DNA of 64,000 nucleotides from an uncultured Clostridium sp. (GCA_958413095.1 CATYUF010000001.1:955-64954); one strand, 5' to 3'; positions 35,530 to 47,496 are shown, numbered from the stretch's first letter. The notes: generated by a model from the letters alone, not told the origin. A program made the numbers and translations.

Positions 35530-36774
35530 ATGGATAAAATGCAAGATATTATAGATATATTAAAAACATATAATCAAGAACATATTATAAATTTATTAGA
35601 AAAAATAAATGAAGAACAAGAAAAAGATTTAATCGAACAAATAAGTAATATAGATTTTCATCAAATGAAAGAGTTATTTGATAACACAAAAAAAGAAGTA
35701 GAGATTAAAGAAAATAAAATAGAACCATTAGAATACTTAGATAAAGACAAATTATCAAAAGAAACTAGAGACAGATTTGATAAATTAGGCTCAGAAGTAT
35801 TAGAAAAAGGCGAGTATGCAGTAGTGACAATGGCAGGAGGGCAAGGTACAAGATTAGGTCATACAGGGCCGAAAGGAACTTTTAAATTAGATGTATATGG
35901 AAAAGGTAAATATTTATTTGAAATATTAATAGAAAATTTAAAAGAAGCTAATAAGAAGTATGGAAAAGTCATTCCATGGTACATAATGACAAGCAAAGAA
36001 AATAATGCAGAAACAAAAGCATTTCTAGAAAAAAATAATTATTTTGGATATCCAAAAAATAGTGTTACTTTGTTTGAACAAGGAGAATTGCCTCTTATAA
36101 ATACAGAAGGAAGATTATTAATAGGAAAAAATAAAAAAATCAGAGAAGCATCAGATGGTAATGGAGGAACATATTTTTCTCTTAGAGCAAGTGGCTGCTT
36201 AGCTGACATGAAAGAAAAGGGGATTAAATGGATTTTCATAGGTGGGGTAGATAATGCACTATTAAAAATGGCAGATGTAACATTACTAGGAATGGCAATA
36301 GATAAAAATGTTCAAATTGCATCAAAGTCAATAGTAAAAGCAAATCCACATGAGAAAGTAGGAGTATTTGCTAAAATGAATGGACATCCAAAAGTTATAG
36401 AATATTCAGAAATGCCTGAAAAAATGTCAGAAGAAGTTGATGATAATGGAGAGCTAAAATATGGTGAGGCACATATAATGTGTAATCTATATACAATAGA
36501 TGCAATAGAGAAAATAAGCAAAGAAACTTTAATGTATCATAGTGCTTTTAAGAAAAATGCATATATAGATGAAGATGGAAAAGAAATAATTCCAGAAGAA
36601 CCAAATTCATATAAGTTTGAATCATTTATTTTTGATGCATTTGAATTTTTTGATGATATAGCAATTTTAAGAGGAAAAAGAGAGGATGATTTTGCACCAG
36701 TAAAAAATAAAGAAGGTGTGGATAGTCCTAAAACTGCAAAAGAACTGTATGAAAAATTTTGGAACAGGAGTTAA
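35530..36774 (+). CDS. UDPGP-family (eukaryote UAP1-like) UDP-sugar pyrophosphorylase
   Basis: MAGGQGTRLG, NGG and GGVDN motifs in a 414-aa protein. Confidence 0.8.
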   Translation: MDKMQDIIDILKTYNQEHIINLLEKINEEQEKDLIEQISNIDFHQMKELFDNTKKEVEIKENKIEPLEYLDKDKLSKETRDRFDKLGSEVLEKGEYAVVTMAGGQGTRLGHTGPKGTFKLDVYGKGKYLFEILIENLKEANKKYGKVIPWYIMTSKENNAETKAFLEKNNYFGYPKNSVTLFEQGELPLINTEGRLLIGKNKKIREASDGNGGTYFSLRASGCLADMKEKGIKWIFIGGVDNALLKMADVTLLGMAIDKNVQIASKSIVKANPHEKVGVFAKMNGHPKVIEYSEMPEKMSEEVDDNGELKYGEAHIMCNLYTIDAIEKISKETLMYHSAFKKNAYIDEDGKEIIPEEPNSYKFESFIFDAFEFFDDIAILRGKREDDFAPVKNKEGVDSPKTAKELYEKFWNRS

Positions 36775-36823
36775 GGAATATTCTTAAATTCCTGTTTTAT
36801 TTTTAGAAAGGATTTGATTTTAA

Positions 36824-37489
36824 ATGGAAGAATGTAAAATTAAAAATTTATATAATTTAGAGGAAACAATAGCTAAAAGTTTATTAGAGGAAGCTACATA
36901 TCCTTGGGAAGTATTAAGTAAAATAGAAGAATATATATTAAAAATAGGGGAAGAACTAAGCAAAGAAAATTATAATAAGGTAGGAGATAATGTTTGGATT
37001 GCAAAATCAGCAAAAGTTGCTCCAACAGCATATATAAATGGCCCAGCTATTATTGGGGAAAATGCAGAAGTTAGACATTGTGCATTTATTAGAGGGAATG
37101 CAATAGTTGGTAATAATGCAGTTGTTGGAAATTCAACTGAGCTTAAAAATGTTATTTTATTTAATAATGTTCAAGTTCCTCATTATAATTATGTTGGAGA
37201 TTCTATTTTGGGCTATAAATCTCATATGGGTGCTGGTTCTATAACTTCTAATGTGAAGTCTGATAAGAAGATGGTAATTATAAAAAATGGAGATAAAACA
37301 ATTGAAACTGGTAGGAAAAAAGTTGGAGCTATGATTGGAGATAATGTTGAGGTTGGTTGTGGATCTATTTTAAATCCTGGTACTGTTATTGGAAAGGATT
37401 CGAATGTGTATCCATTGTCTTCAGTTAGAGGTGTTGTGAAGGCTCATAGTATTTATAAGAAAGATGGGGATATTGTCGATAAAGTTTAG
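36824..37489 (+). CDS. Left-handed beta-helix (hexapeptide) acyltransferase resembling the GlmU C-terminal domain
   Basis: Repeated [LIV]-G-x-x-x-x hexapeptides and the GlmU-like NYVGDSILGYKSHMGAGSITSN. Confidence 0.7.
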   Translation: MEECKIKNLYNLEETIAKSLLEEATYPWEVLSKIEEYILKIGEELSKENYNKVGDNVWIAKSAKVAPTAYINGPAIIGENAEVRHCAFIRGNAIVGNNAVVGNSTELKNVILFNNVQVPHYNYVGDSILGYKSHMGAGSITSNVKSDKKMVIIKNGDKTIETGRKKVGAMIGDNVEVGCGSILNPGTVIGKDSNVYPLSSVRGVVKAHSIYKKDGDIVDKV

Positions 37490-37549
37490 ATTTTTGAAAT
37501 CACTTTATTTTTTTATGAGTTTTGTATATAATATGAAATAGAATTTTAA

Positions 37550-39568
<2,019 letters not shown>

Positions 39569-39625
39569 AAGAAGGAAGGAGAGAATGATATATTTGAAAT
39601 GTAAAATATATCGTTCGAAAAATAT

Positions 39626-39880
39626 ATGGACAAAAATTATACATTTGAAATGATGTGGGAAGATTTAGACAATGGCTATCAAATATATTACACATATGTT
39701 AGAAATAAATATTTATTATTTAAAACAGCACCTAATTGCTATACTCAAAAGTTGTTATCAGACCATTCAAAAAATCCTCAACCTAAAATGACAATGCTAA
39801 CATTGAAAAGAGTTAGGGAGATGTTTCCTAATATGGAAGATATTGAGTATCGTATAGGAATATCTGAAACAGAAAATTAG
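39626..39880 (+). CDS. Hypothetical protein (84 aa)
   Basis: Non-repetitive ORF, but no SD. It is overlapped at its 5' end by a 22-codon ORF (39585-39653) that does have a strong SD. Confidence 0.4.
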   Translation: MDKNYTFEMMWEDLDNGYQIYYTYVRNKYLLFKTAPNCYTQKLLSDHSKNPQPKMTMLTLKRVREMFPNMEDIEYRIGISETEN

Positions 39881-39961
39881 TAAGAGTTGATATAAGTGGA
39901 TTTTTCCAGTAGATAAATTTATATTTAATGATTTATATGAAAAAGAAATGAGGTAGAAAAA

Positions 39962-40480
39962 ATGAAATTATTTTCAAAAGAAGTAAAAGATATGAACGAA
40001 TTAAATGAAGTTCTAAAAAATAATAGTGAAATATCAAAAGAATATGAAGTTGCAGTAATTGTATATGCTTTCGATAAACATAATAAAATAGTTTTTCAAA
40101 GAAGAGGTCTAGGATGTAGAGACGAACAACTAAAACTAGAAACTATTGGAGGAAGAGTAAAGAAAAGTGATATAGATTTTAGAACAGCTTTACAAAGAGA
40201 AATTACAGAAGAAGTTGGAACAGATGCAGACATTGAATTAGAAGAATTTATTGTATCAACTTATGCTAAAACATTTGATGTAAGAAATAATAAAGAACAA
40301 GACTGGATTTATCTTGTTTATAAAGGAAATTTAAAAAGTGGAGAATTAAAAATTGCTGAACCTAATAAATGTTTAGGATATGAAAGATATAAAATTGGAG
40401 ATGTTGATGAAGATGAACTAAGTAATGGTGCAAGAGAACTATATAATATTGTGAGTGAGAAATATAGATATTTAAAATAA
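39962..40480 (+). CDS. NUDIX hydrolase
   Basis: Nudix box GGRVKKSDIDFRTALQREITEEVG (GX5EX7REUXEEXGU). Confidence 0.85.
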   Translation: MKLFSKEVKDMNELNEVLKNNSEISKEYEVAVIVYAFDKHNKIVFQRRGLGCRDEQLKLETIGGRVKKSDIDFRTALQREITEEVGTDADIELEEFIVSTYAKTFDVRNNKEQDWIYLVYKGNLKSGELKIAEPNKCLGYERYKIGDVDEDELSNGARELYNIVSEKYRYLK

Positions 40481-40498
40481 GACGGAGGAAATCAATTA

Positions 40499-41117
40499 AT
40501 GAATTAGAGAATTAGTCCAATACATAGAGAATGAAATTTTTCCATTATATAATAGAAATGAAGAAGGACATGGAATAAATCACATTAAAACAGTAATAAA
40601 AAGAAGTCTAGAATTAGCAGAAGATTATGATGTTGATATAGATATGGTTTATACAATAGCTTCATATCATGATTTAGGACATTATATAGATAGAAAGACA
40701 CATGAAATAATATCAGCTAAAATATTTGTGGAAGATAAAAAAATAATGCAATGGTTTACAGATGAGCAAATAATTATAATTAAAGAAGCAATAGAAGACC
40801 ATAGAGCCTCTAGTAATCATGAGCCTAGAACTATATATGGGAAAATAATAAGTACAGCAGATAGAACAATTATTGATATAGATAATACTATTAAGCGAAC
40901 ATATTCTTATGGAAAAAGAAACTATATAAACTTATCCGAAGAACAACAAATTGAAAGAGTTTATAGGCATTTGACAGAAAAATACGGAGAAAATGGTTAT
41001 GCAAAAGTATATTTAGAAGATAAAGCGTTTGAAGATGCTTTAGATAAATTAAGACAATCATTATCAAATAAAGAAGAATTTATTAAAAGAGTAAAAAGAG
41101 TAGTTAAAACAATATAA
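40499..41117 (+). pseudogene. HD-domain phosphohydrolase with an apparent 1-nt frame disruption just after the start codon
   Basis: GGAGGA then ATG 40499, but ATG-AAT-TAG terminates. The HD protein frame (IRELVQYIENEIFPLYNRNEEGHGINH...YHDLGH) opens at 40503, offset by +1, and has no in-frame ATG/GTG/TTG before 40644. Confidence 0.5.
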
Positions 41118-41277
41118 ACTTTTATCATAGCATTAACAAAACATATTAATGGAGAAATATGGAGATAAAAATTGTAATACACATTTAAATAATCCAATAA
41201 ATAGATGAACAAAGATTAGAAAGGATTGCAAAAAAATATTAGAATAGAAGAGTTATTGAGAAAGGACTGATATAAAA

Positions 41278-42388
41278 ATGAAAAATTATTATTTTACATC
41301 AGAAAGTGTTACAGAAGGACATCCAGATAAATTAGCAGATTTAATATCAGATGTCATACTAGATGAATGTTTAAAACAAGACGAAAATTCTAAAGTGGCA
41401 GTTGAAACATTTTTATCAAGTAATTTAATAACAATAGCAGGGCAAATAACATCAAAAGCTAAGTTTGATATAGAAAAAATTGTAAGAGATACAATAAAAG
41501 AAGTTGGCTATGATAATGAAAATACAGATATTGATTATAGAACTTGTGAAATACAAACTAAAATAACAAGGCAAAGTCCAGATATAGCACTTCGGTGTAG
41601 ATATTGGTGGAGCAGGAGACCAAGGAATTATGTTTGGATATGCAAGCAATGAAACAGAAGAATATATGCCATATGGGATTTATCTTGCACATAAACTATC
41701 TAAAAAGTTGACAGAGGTAAGAAAAGAAAAAGTAATTCCATATTTAAGACCTGATGGAAAAACACAAGTTACTATTGAATATGAAAATAATAAGCCAAAA
41801 AGAATTGAGGCAATTTTAATATCAACACAACATCAAGAAGAAATATCACAAGAAAAAATAAGAAAAGACATAATTGAAAAAGTAATAAAACCAGCAGTAT
41901 CCAAAAATATGATGGATGAAAATACAAAAATCTATATAAATCCAACAGGAAGATTTGTAATAGGAGGACCATTAGGAGATACTGGATTAACAGGCAGAAA
42001 AATAATAGTAGATACTTATGGAGGATATAGCAGGCACGGAGGAGGAGCTTTTTCAGGAAAAGATGCAAGTAAGGTAGATAGAAGTTCTACATATATGTTA
42101 AGACATATTGCTAAAAATATAGTAGCTAATAATTATGCAGAAAAATGTGAAATACAAGTATCATATGCAATAGGAATGAAAGAACCCTTGTCTATATATG
42201 TTAATACATTTGGCACAGGAAAGAAAAGTGATGAAGAGCTTGCAGGTTTAATAAAAGAGAAATTTGATTTAACACCAAATGGAATAATTAATTATTTACA
42301 TTTAAAAGAACCAATTTATAGTAAAACAACTAATTATGGACATTTTGGTAAAAAAGATTTACCTTGGGAAAAAGTAATAAAATTATAA
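41278..42388 (+). pseudogene. metK: S-adenosylmethionine synthetase interrupted by a single extra nucleotide (C 41593)
   Basis: Frame 0 encodes TEGHPDK...QSPDIAL. The +1 frame continues [26 protein letters not shown]... to the normal C-terminus. The junction is GCA CTT C GGT GTA. Confidence 0.85.
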
Positions 42389-42540
42389 AAAATAACCAAC
42401 AAAGAATTTTTAATTTTATATATTAATACTTGGGGTAAAATAATAAAATATAAAGTTCACAAAGAATTCACAAAAGACCCAAAAATAGAACATAAAAAAA
42501 TATTATATTAATAATCATAAACATCCCCTTTTTTTCAAAG

Positions 42541-42586
42541 CAACCTTAATATTTAACTAAGATTTATAATATTAAGGTTGTTTTTT
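42541..42586 (+). terminator. Intrinsic terminator about 150 nt downstream of metK
   Basis: 12-bp stem CAACCTTAATAT/ATATTAAGGTTG followed by T6. Confidence 0.65.
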
Positions 42587-42803
42587 GTTATGCAAAATTG
42601 ATTTAGTATTTTGAAAAAATATATTCTAGAAAGAGAAAATTTTACAGTTAAAAAATATATTTAAATTTTGTAGATTGAGAGTGGTAAACTACACTTTACT
42701 TAAAAATAAAATAGTGATAGAATGATGAAAACTTGTTAATAAAATTAAAGCTTCATGAAGTTTTTAATTTTACGAATATTTTGGAAAAAAGGAGAAGAGA
42801 AAA

Positions 42804-43871
42804 ATGAATAAATATTTTGAAAGTATAAAAAATGATGAAGTAAGACAATATTTAGAATTATTATCACCAGAATTTCCAGAATGGTTATTAGAATATATAT
42901 ATACACCTGAAATGCTAAGAATTGATGGAGTATGTATGTCTTGTGGTACATGTTATACAAAGATATATAATGATAAATATTTTTATTCAACTTTAACACA
43001 TAGTGTTGCTGTGGCTCTAATAATATGGAATTTTACTAAAGATAAAAAACAAACTCTATCAGGCTTATTCCATGATATTGCAACACCAGTTTTTAAACAT
43101 TGTATTGATTTTATGAATGGAGATTCTGAAAAACAAGAGTCAACAGAAGAAAGAACAGAGCAAATAATTAAAAATTCAAAACAAATAATGAATTTATTAA
43201 ATAGAGACAATATAAAAATTGAAGAAGTTTCGGATTATAAAATATATCCAATTGCCGATAATGACACTCCAAAATTAAGTAGTGATAGATTAGAATATAC
43301 ACTATCAGGAGGACTATATCAAGTAAGGATATTCGATGTTGAACAAATAAAGAAATATTATAATAATATAATTATTTCAAAAAATGAAAGTGGAACTGAA
43401 GAATTAGCATTTACAGATGAAAAAATATGTGAAGATTTTATACACAAAATTTCAAAATTATGGCCTCGTTGGGGTGAAGATGAGGACAGATTATGTATGC
43501 AATTTATAGCTGATATTGTAAAATCTATGTATAAAAAAGGATATATTACAATTGATAATTTATATGAATTTTCAGAAAAAGAAATAATAGACAAAATTAA
43601 AAATTGTGAGGATTTATATATTAGGAATGCATTTATAAATTTTGAAGAAGCTCAGAGAAATTTAGTGTATAAAAGTCAAAAATTAAAAAATGAAATATAT
43701 TGCACAAGTGTAAAAGGAAAGAAAAGATATATTAATCCTTTAGTAATAAATGGTCAAAATGTTTCTAGAATAAAAGAAATTTCTGAAATAGCAAATAAAG
43801 ATATTAAAGATTTTTTAAATATGAAAATGCATACTTATATTGGTTTGAATTTTGAATTCAAGCCATATTAA
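42804..43871 (+). CDS. HD-domain protein (355 aa)
   Basis: LTHSVAVA...GLFHDIATPVFKH (H...HD...H metal ligands). Confidence 0.7.
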   Translation: MNKYFESIKNDEVRQYLELLSPEFPEWLLEYIYTPEMLRIDGVCMSCGTCYTKIYNDKYFYSTLTHSVAVALIIWNFTKDKKQTLSGLFHDIATPVFKHCIDFMNGDSEKQESTEERTEQIIKNSKQIMNLLNRDNIKIEEVSDYKIYPIADNDTPKLSSDRLEYTLSGGLYQVRIFDVEQIKKYYNNIIISKNESGTEELAFTDEKICEDFIHKISKLWPRWGEDEDRLCMQFIADIVKSMYKKGYITIDNLYEFSEKEIIDKIKNCEDLYIRNAFINFEEAQRNLVYKSQKLKNEIYCTSVKGKKRYINPLVINGQNVSRIKEISEIANKDIKDFLNMKMHTYIGLNFEFKPY

Positions 43872-43875
43872 ATAG

Positions 43876-43950
43876 AAAAGCAGTTTTACTTGTTGTATAG
43901 AGAAAAGACTATATAGAGTTAAGATAAAAGAGGATTTTTTCTATGTAATA
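43876..43950 (-). repeat. Intergenic repeat family 1, copy C (inverted, lacks the 3' tail)
   Basis: The reverse complement reads TTTTTTTATTACATAGAAAAAATCCTCTTTTATCTTAACTCTATATAGTCTTTTCTCTATACAACAAGTAAAACTG. Confidence 0.65.
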
Positions 43951-44037
43951 AAAAAATAAGACTAATAATAAGTATAATTTAAAATTATTATTAGTCTTAT
44001 TTTTATTTGGTTTATAGAAAATTGCATTTCTTACAAC

Positions 44038-44802
44038 TTAAAAATAATATTTATTTGAAATATTATTTAAAAATCTATCAATTAATTGATTTCTACATAA
44101 ATTTTCAAACCTATCATCTAAAGGCTCTAAAGCTAAATTTTCATCATATTTTCTATCTAGACAATATTTTATAATATAATCAGCAAGTTCTGGATTTTTA
44201 GAAAGCAAAGGACCATGTAAGTATGTGGCAATAACATTATTTAAGAAAAATCCTTCATTAGTATCTCCAAATTTATTTCCATTTCCAAATAGAACTTTTC
44301 CAAAAGGACTACTAATATCATAAGTTTGTCCTCCATGATTTTCAAAACCTATAACTTTAGTATTTTGGTTATTTATATTAACATCAAGAACAATATTTCC
44401 AATACATCTTTTTGTTCTATCTTCAATAGCTTCTGTATAATAAGGAAAAATACCTAAACCATCAATTATATTACCATTAACATCTTTATAATATTTACCA
44501 AAAAGCTGATAAGCTCCACAAATTAGTAAGAAAAATACTCCATTAGATACAGCTTCTTTTATGCTATCTGTATATTTTACCAAATCTTCTGACAAGATAC
44601 TTTGTTCATTATCAGCACCACCACCTGCAAAGACTAGGTCATAATCATTAAAATTAGGTGGTACATCGCCAATAGAATATTCATCAATTTTACAAGCAAA
44701 ACCTCTTTGCACAAGACGATATTTTAGAACTTGTATATTACCATAATCTCCATATAATTCTAATATATCAGGATATAAATACAATATTTTTAATTCTTTC
44801 AT
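44038..44802 (-). CDS. gatD: Lipid II isoglutaminyl synthase glutaminase subunit GatD (CobB/CobQ-type GATase)
   Basis: Nucleophile context LLICGAYQLFG and the His region TYLHGP. Paired with murT upstream. Confidence 0.8.
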   Translation of the reverse strand: MKELKILYLYPDILELYGDYGNIQVLKYRLVQRGFACKIDEYSIGDVPPNFNDYDLVFAGGGADNEQSILSEDLVKYTDSIKEAVSNGVFFLLICGAYQLFGKYYKDVNGNIIDGLGIFPYYTEAIEDRTKRCIGNIVLDVNINNQNTKVIGFENHGGQTYDISSPFGKVLFGNGNKFGDTNEGFFLNNVIATYLHGPLLSKNPELADYIIKYCLDRKYDENLALEPLDDRFENLCRNQLIDRFLNNISNKYYF

Positions 44803-44809
44803 ATTTTTC

Positions 44810-44861
44810 AGTCCTTATATAAATATTTAGGTATTTTTTATTATAAGGTTACCTATAAACC
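44810..44861 (-). promoter_or_regulatory. Conserved 5' leader motif shared with rlmN (copy 2)
   Basis: On the minus sense: GGTTTATAGGTAACCTTATAATAAAAAATACCTAAATATTTATATAAGGACT, 8 nt before the gatD ATG. Confidence 0.45.
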
Positions 44862-44998
44862 TTAAAATGATATATTATATAAAGTATATTTCAATAAAAT
44901 CTATAATTTTTAATGCTTTTGAAATTTTTACTTTAATCAAAATATTATACAACTTTTTAGTTTTACAACACAAAGAGAAAATAGCTTTAGTGTTAAAT

Positions 44999-46324
44999 TT
45001 ATTTTTGATTTTTAAAACTTAAAATATTATTTCTAGTAGGTTGTAATGCTGTATAATTTGCTATAACATACTTTGGTGTTGAAGTAGAATATAGGCTTTT
45101 TACAGCTTCAGATAGCTCTAAATAAGATTCTATTTTTCCCGAATCAAAGCCAGAAGTTTTAATTCTTATAGCAATATCATAAGCTCTTGTTCCAGCAGTT
45201 ACAATTCTTTTTACATTGTTTAATTCTTCAAAATTAATATCCCAAATCCATGAAACATCAAAGCCATCAGCTTTATTATCATTTAATACAAATAATAATT
45301 CTTTTTCAGAGTCATCTTCATTTAATATTCTTAGACTTACATTAGCACCAGTAGGGTTTTTGGCTAAATTTATAGTAGTATCTATATTATTTATTTTTAA
45401 ATGTTCTAATCTACCATTATTTAATTCAAAATTAGCTAGAGTATTTTTTATAATCTCAGTGTCAATATCATACAAAGATGCACAAGAAATAACAGCAATA
45501 AAATTATAAATTATATAAATACTATTTGATTTTATAGTATATAAAGCATTACCAACTTCAAAAGTCTTTTTATCTAAATCAACATTTTTAGCTAATTTAT
45601 ATATTTCATTATCACCATAATTACAATTAGGACATTTGAATTTTCCGATATGGGAATATTGATAATATTCATATTCTAATCTAGTTTTACAGAAAGGACA
45701 GAATTTTCCCTCTCCAGCTTCTTTCATTTCGGCAGTGGCATTAGCATACTTTTCAACACTAAAGTAAAAAACATTATCATTATTAGGATTAGCTTTACCA
45801 AGTCTTGCAACATTTGGGTCATCATTATTTAATATTAAATTACCATTATAATTTTTTAAGAAATTATAGATTTTTAAAATAAGAGATTCAACTTCTCCGT
45901 TCCTATCTAGTTGGTCTCTAAAGAAATTACCAACTACTAAAGTATCTAACTTGAAATCTTTAAAAACAATAGGAACATATCCTTCATCAACTTCAAATAC
46001 TAGGAAATCAGCTTTTATTTTACCTGTTAAAGTGCAATGTTTTAAAATAGTAGATAAAATTCCAGTTTCCATATTATTACCTTCAAAGTTGCTTATTACT
46101 TTTTTTTCAGCATTTTTAAAAACTGCACCAATTGCATTATTAATCATAGTTTTTCCATTTGTAGATGTAACAGCAATTACAGGACAATTTACTTTAAAAT
46201 ATTTGAAAATATCAGGATTCCAGTCAAAGGCAAATTTTCCTAATAAATTACCACCATTTTTACCACAAATTTTTAAGATAAAATGTAGTATTTTCATAGC
46301 TAGTATAATAAAAAAGTTTTTCAT
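44999..46324 (-). CDS. murT: Lipid II isoglutaminyl synthase ligase subunit MurT (Mur ligase family)
   Basis: P-loop TSTNGKTM, zinc ribbon CPFC...CPNC and a DUF1727-like C-terminus. ATG 46324 lies 7 nt after GAGGTG. Confidence 0.8.
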   Translation of the reverse strand: MKNFFIILAMKILHFILKICGKNGGNLLGKFAFDWNPDIFKYFKVNCPVIAVTSTNGKTMINNAIGAVFKNAEKKVISNFEGNNMETGILSTILKHCTLTGKIKADFLVFEVDEGYVPIVFKDFKLDTLVVGNFFRDQLDRNGEVESLILKIYNFLKNYNGNLILNNDDPNVARLGKANPNNDNVFYFSVEKYANATAEMKEAGEGKFCPFCKTRLEYEYYQYSHIGKFKCPNCNYGDNEIYKLAKNVDLDKKTFEVGNALYTIKSNSIYIIYNFIAVISCASLYDIDTEIIKNTLANFELNNGRLEHLKINNIDTTINLAKNPTGANVSLRILNEDDSEKELLFVLNDNKADGFDVSWIWDINFEELNNVKRIVTAGTRAYDIAIRIKTSGFDSGKIESYLELSEAVKSLYSTSTPKYVIANYTALQPTRNNILSFKNQK

Positions 46325-46539
46325 AAGTATACACCTCATAATTTAATTTTACTTGGATTATATCATAATGTATAAAATTTAGGAATATAAAATATAAATT
46401 TTTAATTAGTAATATCATTTTGGTAATATTCATGAAAAAAGGAAAAATGAATTTATTAATAAATCTTAAAATAAATTATTGATTTTTGATGTAGTAATAT
46501 AGTAATATTGTAGTATTAAAATTGAAAGAGGGAAGTTAA

Positions 46540-47337
46540 ATGATATATATAAATGAGAAAAAATTAGAGCAATGTAAAATAAATAAGAATAACATATGCT
46601 ATATAATAGACTTTGACAGAACACTAACAAAAGAAAACTGCGAGGATTCTTGGGATGCAGTTGCAAGTAAAAAAATATTTGGAGAAGAATTAGCCAAAGA
46701 ACTAAATAATTTATACAAAAAATATGGACCAATAGAAGTAAACTATAAAATACCTTTTGAAGAAAAAGAAAAATATATGATAGAATGGTATCAAAAATGT
46801 ATGGAAACATACTATAAATTTAACTTAACAAAAGACAAAGTGGAAAAGTCCATAAAAACAAGTAATATAGAGCTAAGAACAGGTGTAATAGAATTTTTGA
46901 ATTTTACTAAAGAAGAAAATATAACTATAATAATATTATCAGCAGGAATAGGAAATACAATAGAAGAAGTACTAAAACAAAACTCATGTTATTTTGAGAA
47001 TATACATATAATAAGTAATTTTATTAAATTTGATAATGAAGGATATATGTTAAAATATGAAGGAGATTTAATTCATTCATTAAATAAAAATATAGACAAA
47101 ATAAATCAGAAAAAAATAATTGATATAGTAGAAAATAAAGAATATAGAATTGTAATAGGAGATTTAATAGAGGATATAAAAATGTCAGGGGATTATCCTG
47201 ATGATAAATTAATAAAAATAGGATTTTTAAATAAAAATGTGACTGAGAATTTAGAAAAATATAAAGAAAAATTTGATATAGTACTAATAAATGAAAATCA
47301 AGATTTTGAATTACTAAAAGAAATAATTAAGGCATAG
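46540..47337 (+). CDS. HAD-type 5'-nucleotidase of the eukaryotic cN-III/UMPH-1 family
   Basis: Motif I IIDFDRTLT. The long block ILSAGIGNTIEEVLKQ...ISNFIKFDNEGYMLKYEGDLIHSLNK resembles human NT5C3 (SAGIGDVLEEV...[25 protein letters not shown]). Confidence 0.7.
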   Translation: MIYINEKKLEQCKINKNNICYIIDFDRTLTKENCEDSWDAVASKKIFGEELAKELNNLYKKYGPIEVNYKIPFEEKEKYMIEWYQKCMETYYKFNLTKDKVEKSIKTSNIELRTGVIEFLNFTKEENITIIILSAGIGNTIEEVLKQNSCYFENIHIISNFIKFDNEGYMLKYEGDLIHSLNKNIDKINQKKIIDIVENKEYRIVIGDLIEDIKMSGDYPDDKLIKIGFLNKNVTENLEKYKEKFDIVLINENQDFELLKEIIKA

Positions 47338-47496
47338 GCAAAGTTAAAATATTTAACTTTAAAAAATTATCATAAAAAGTTTAAAGTTTACACAAACTTT
47401 ACGATATACTCATATAAAAATAAGAGGGAATTTACTAGATGAACTTACTACTTTAAAAGTAATAGTTCATTGTAGGATACCCTCTTAATCTTATGC

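Noticed and set aside
41118-41277. SAM-I (S-box) riboswitch upstream of metK.
   Set aside because: The 160-nt leader has none of the conserved S-box elements (no GC-rich four-way junction, no AGAGGGA/GCCC-type boxes). It appears to be a plain AT-rich leader.
42389-42540. Possible small RNA or peptide gene in the 150 nt between the metK stop and its terminator.
   Set aside because: Only a weak TTGGGGT/GACCCAA pairing is present, and there is no ORF with an SD. The evidence is insufficient without expression data.
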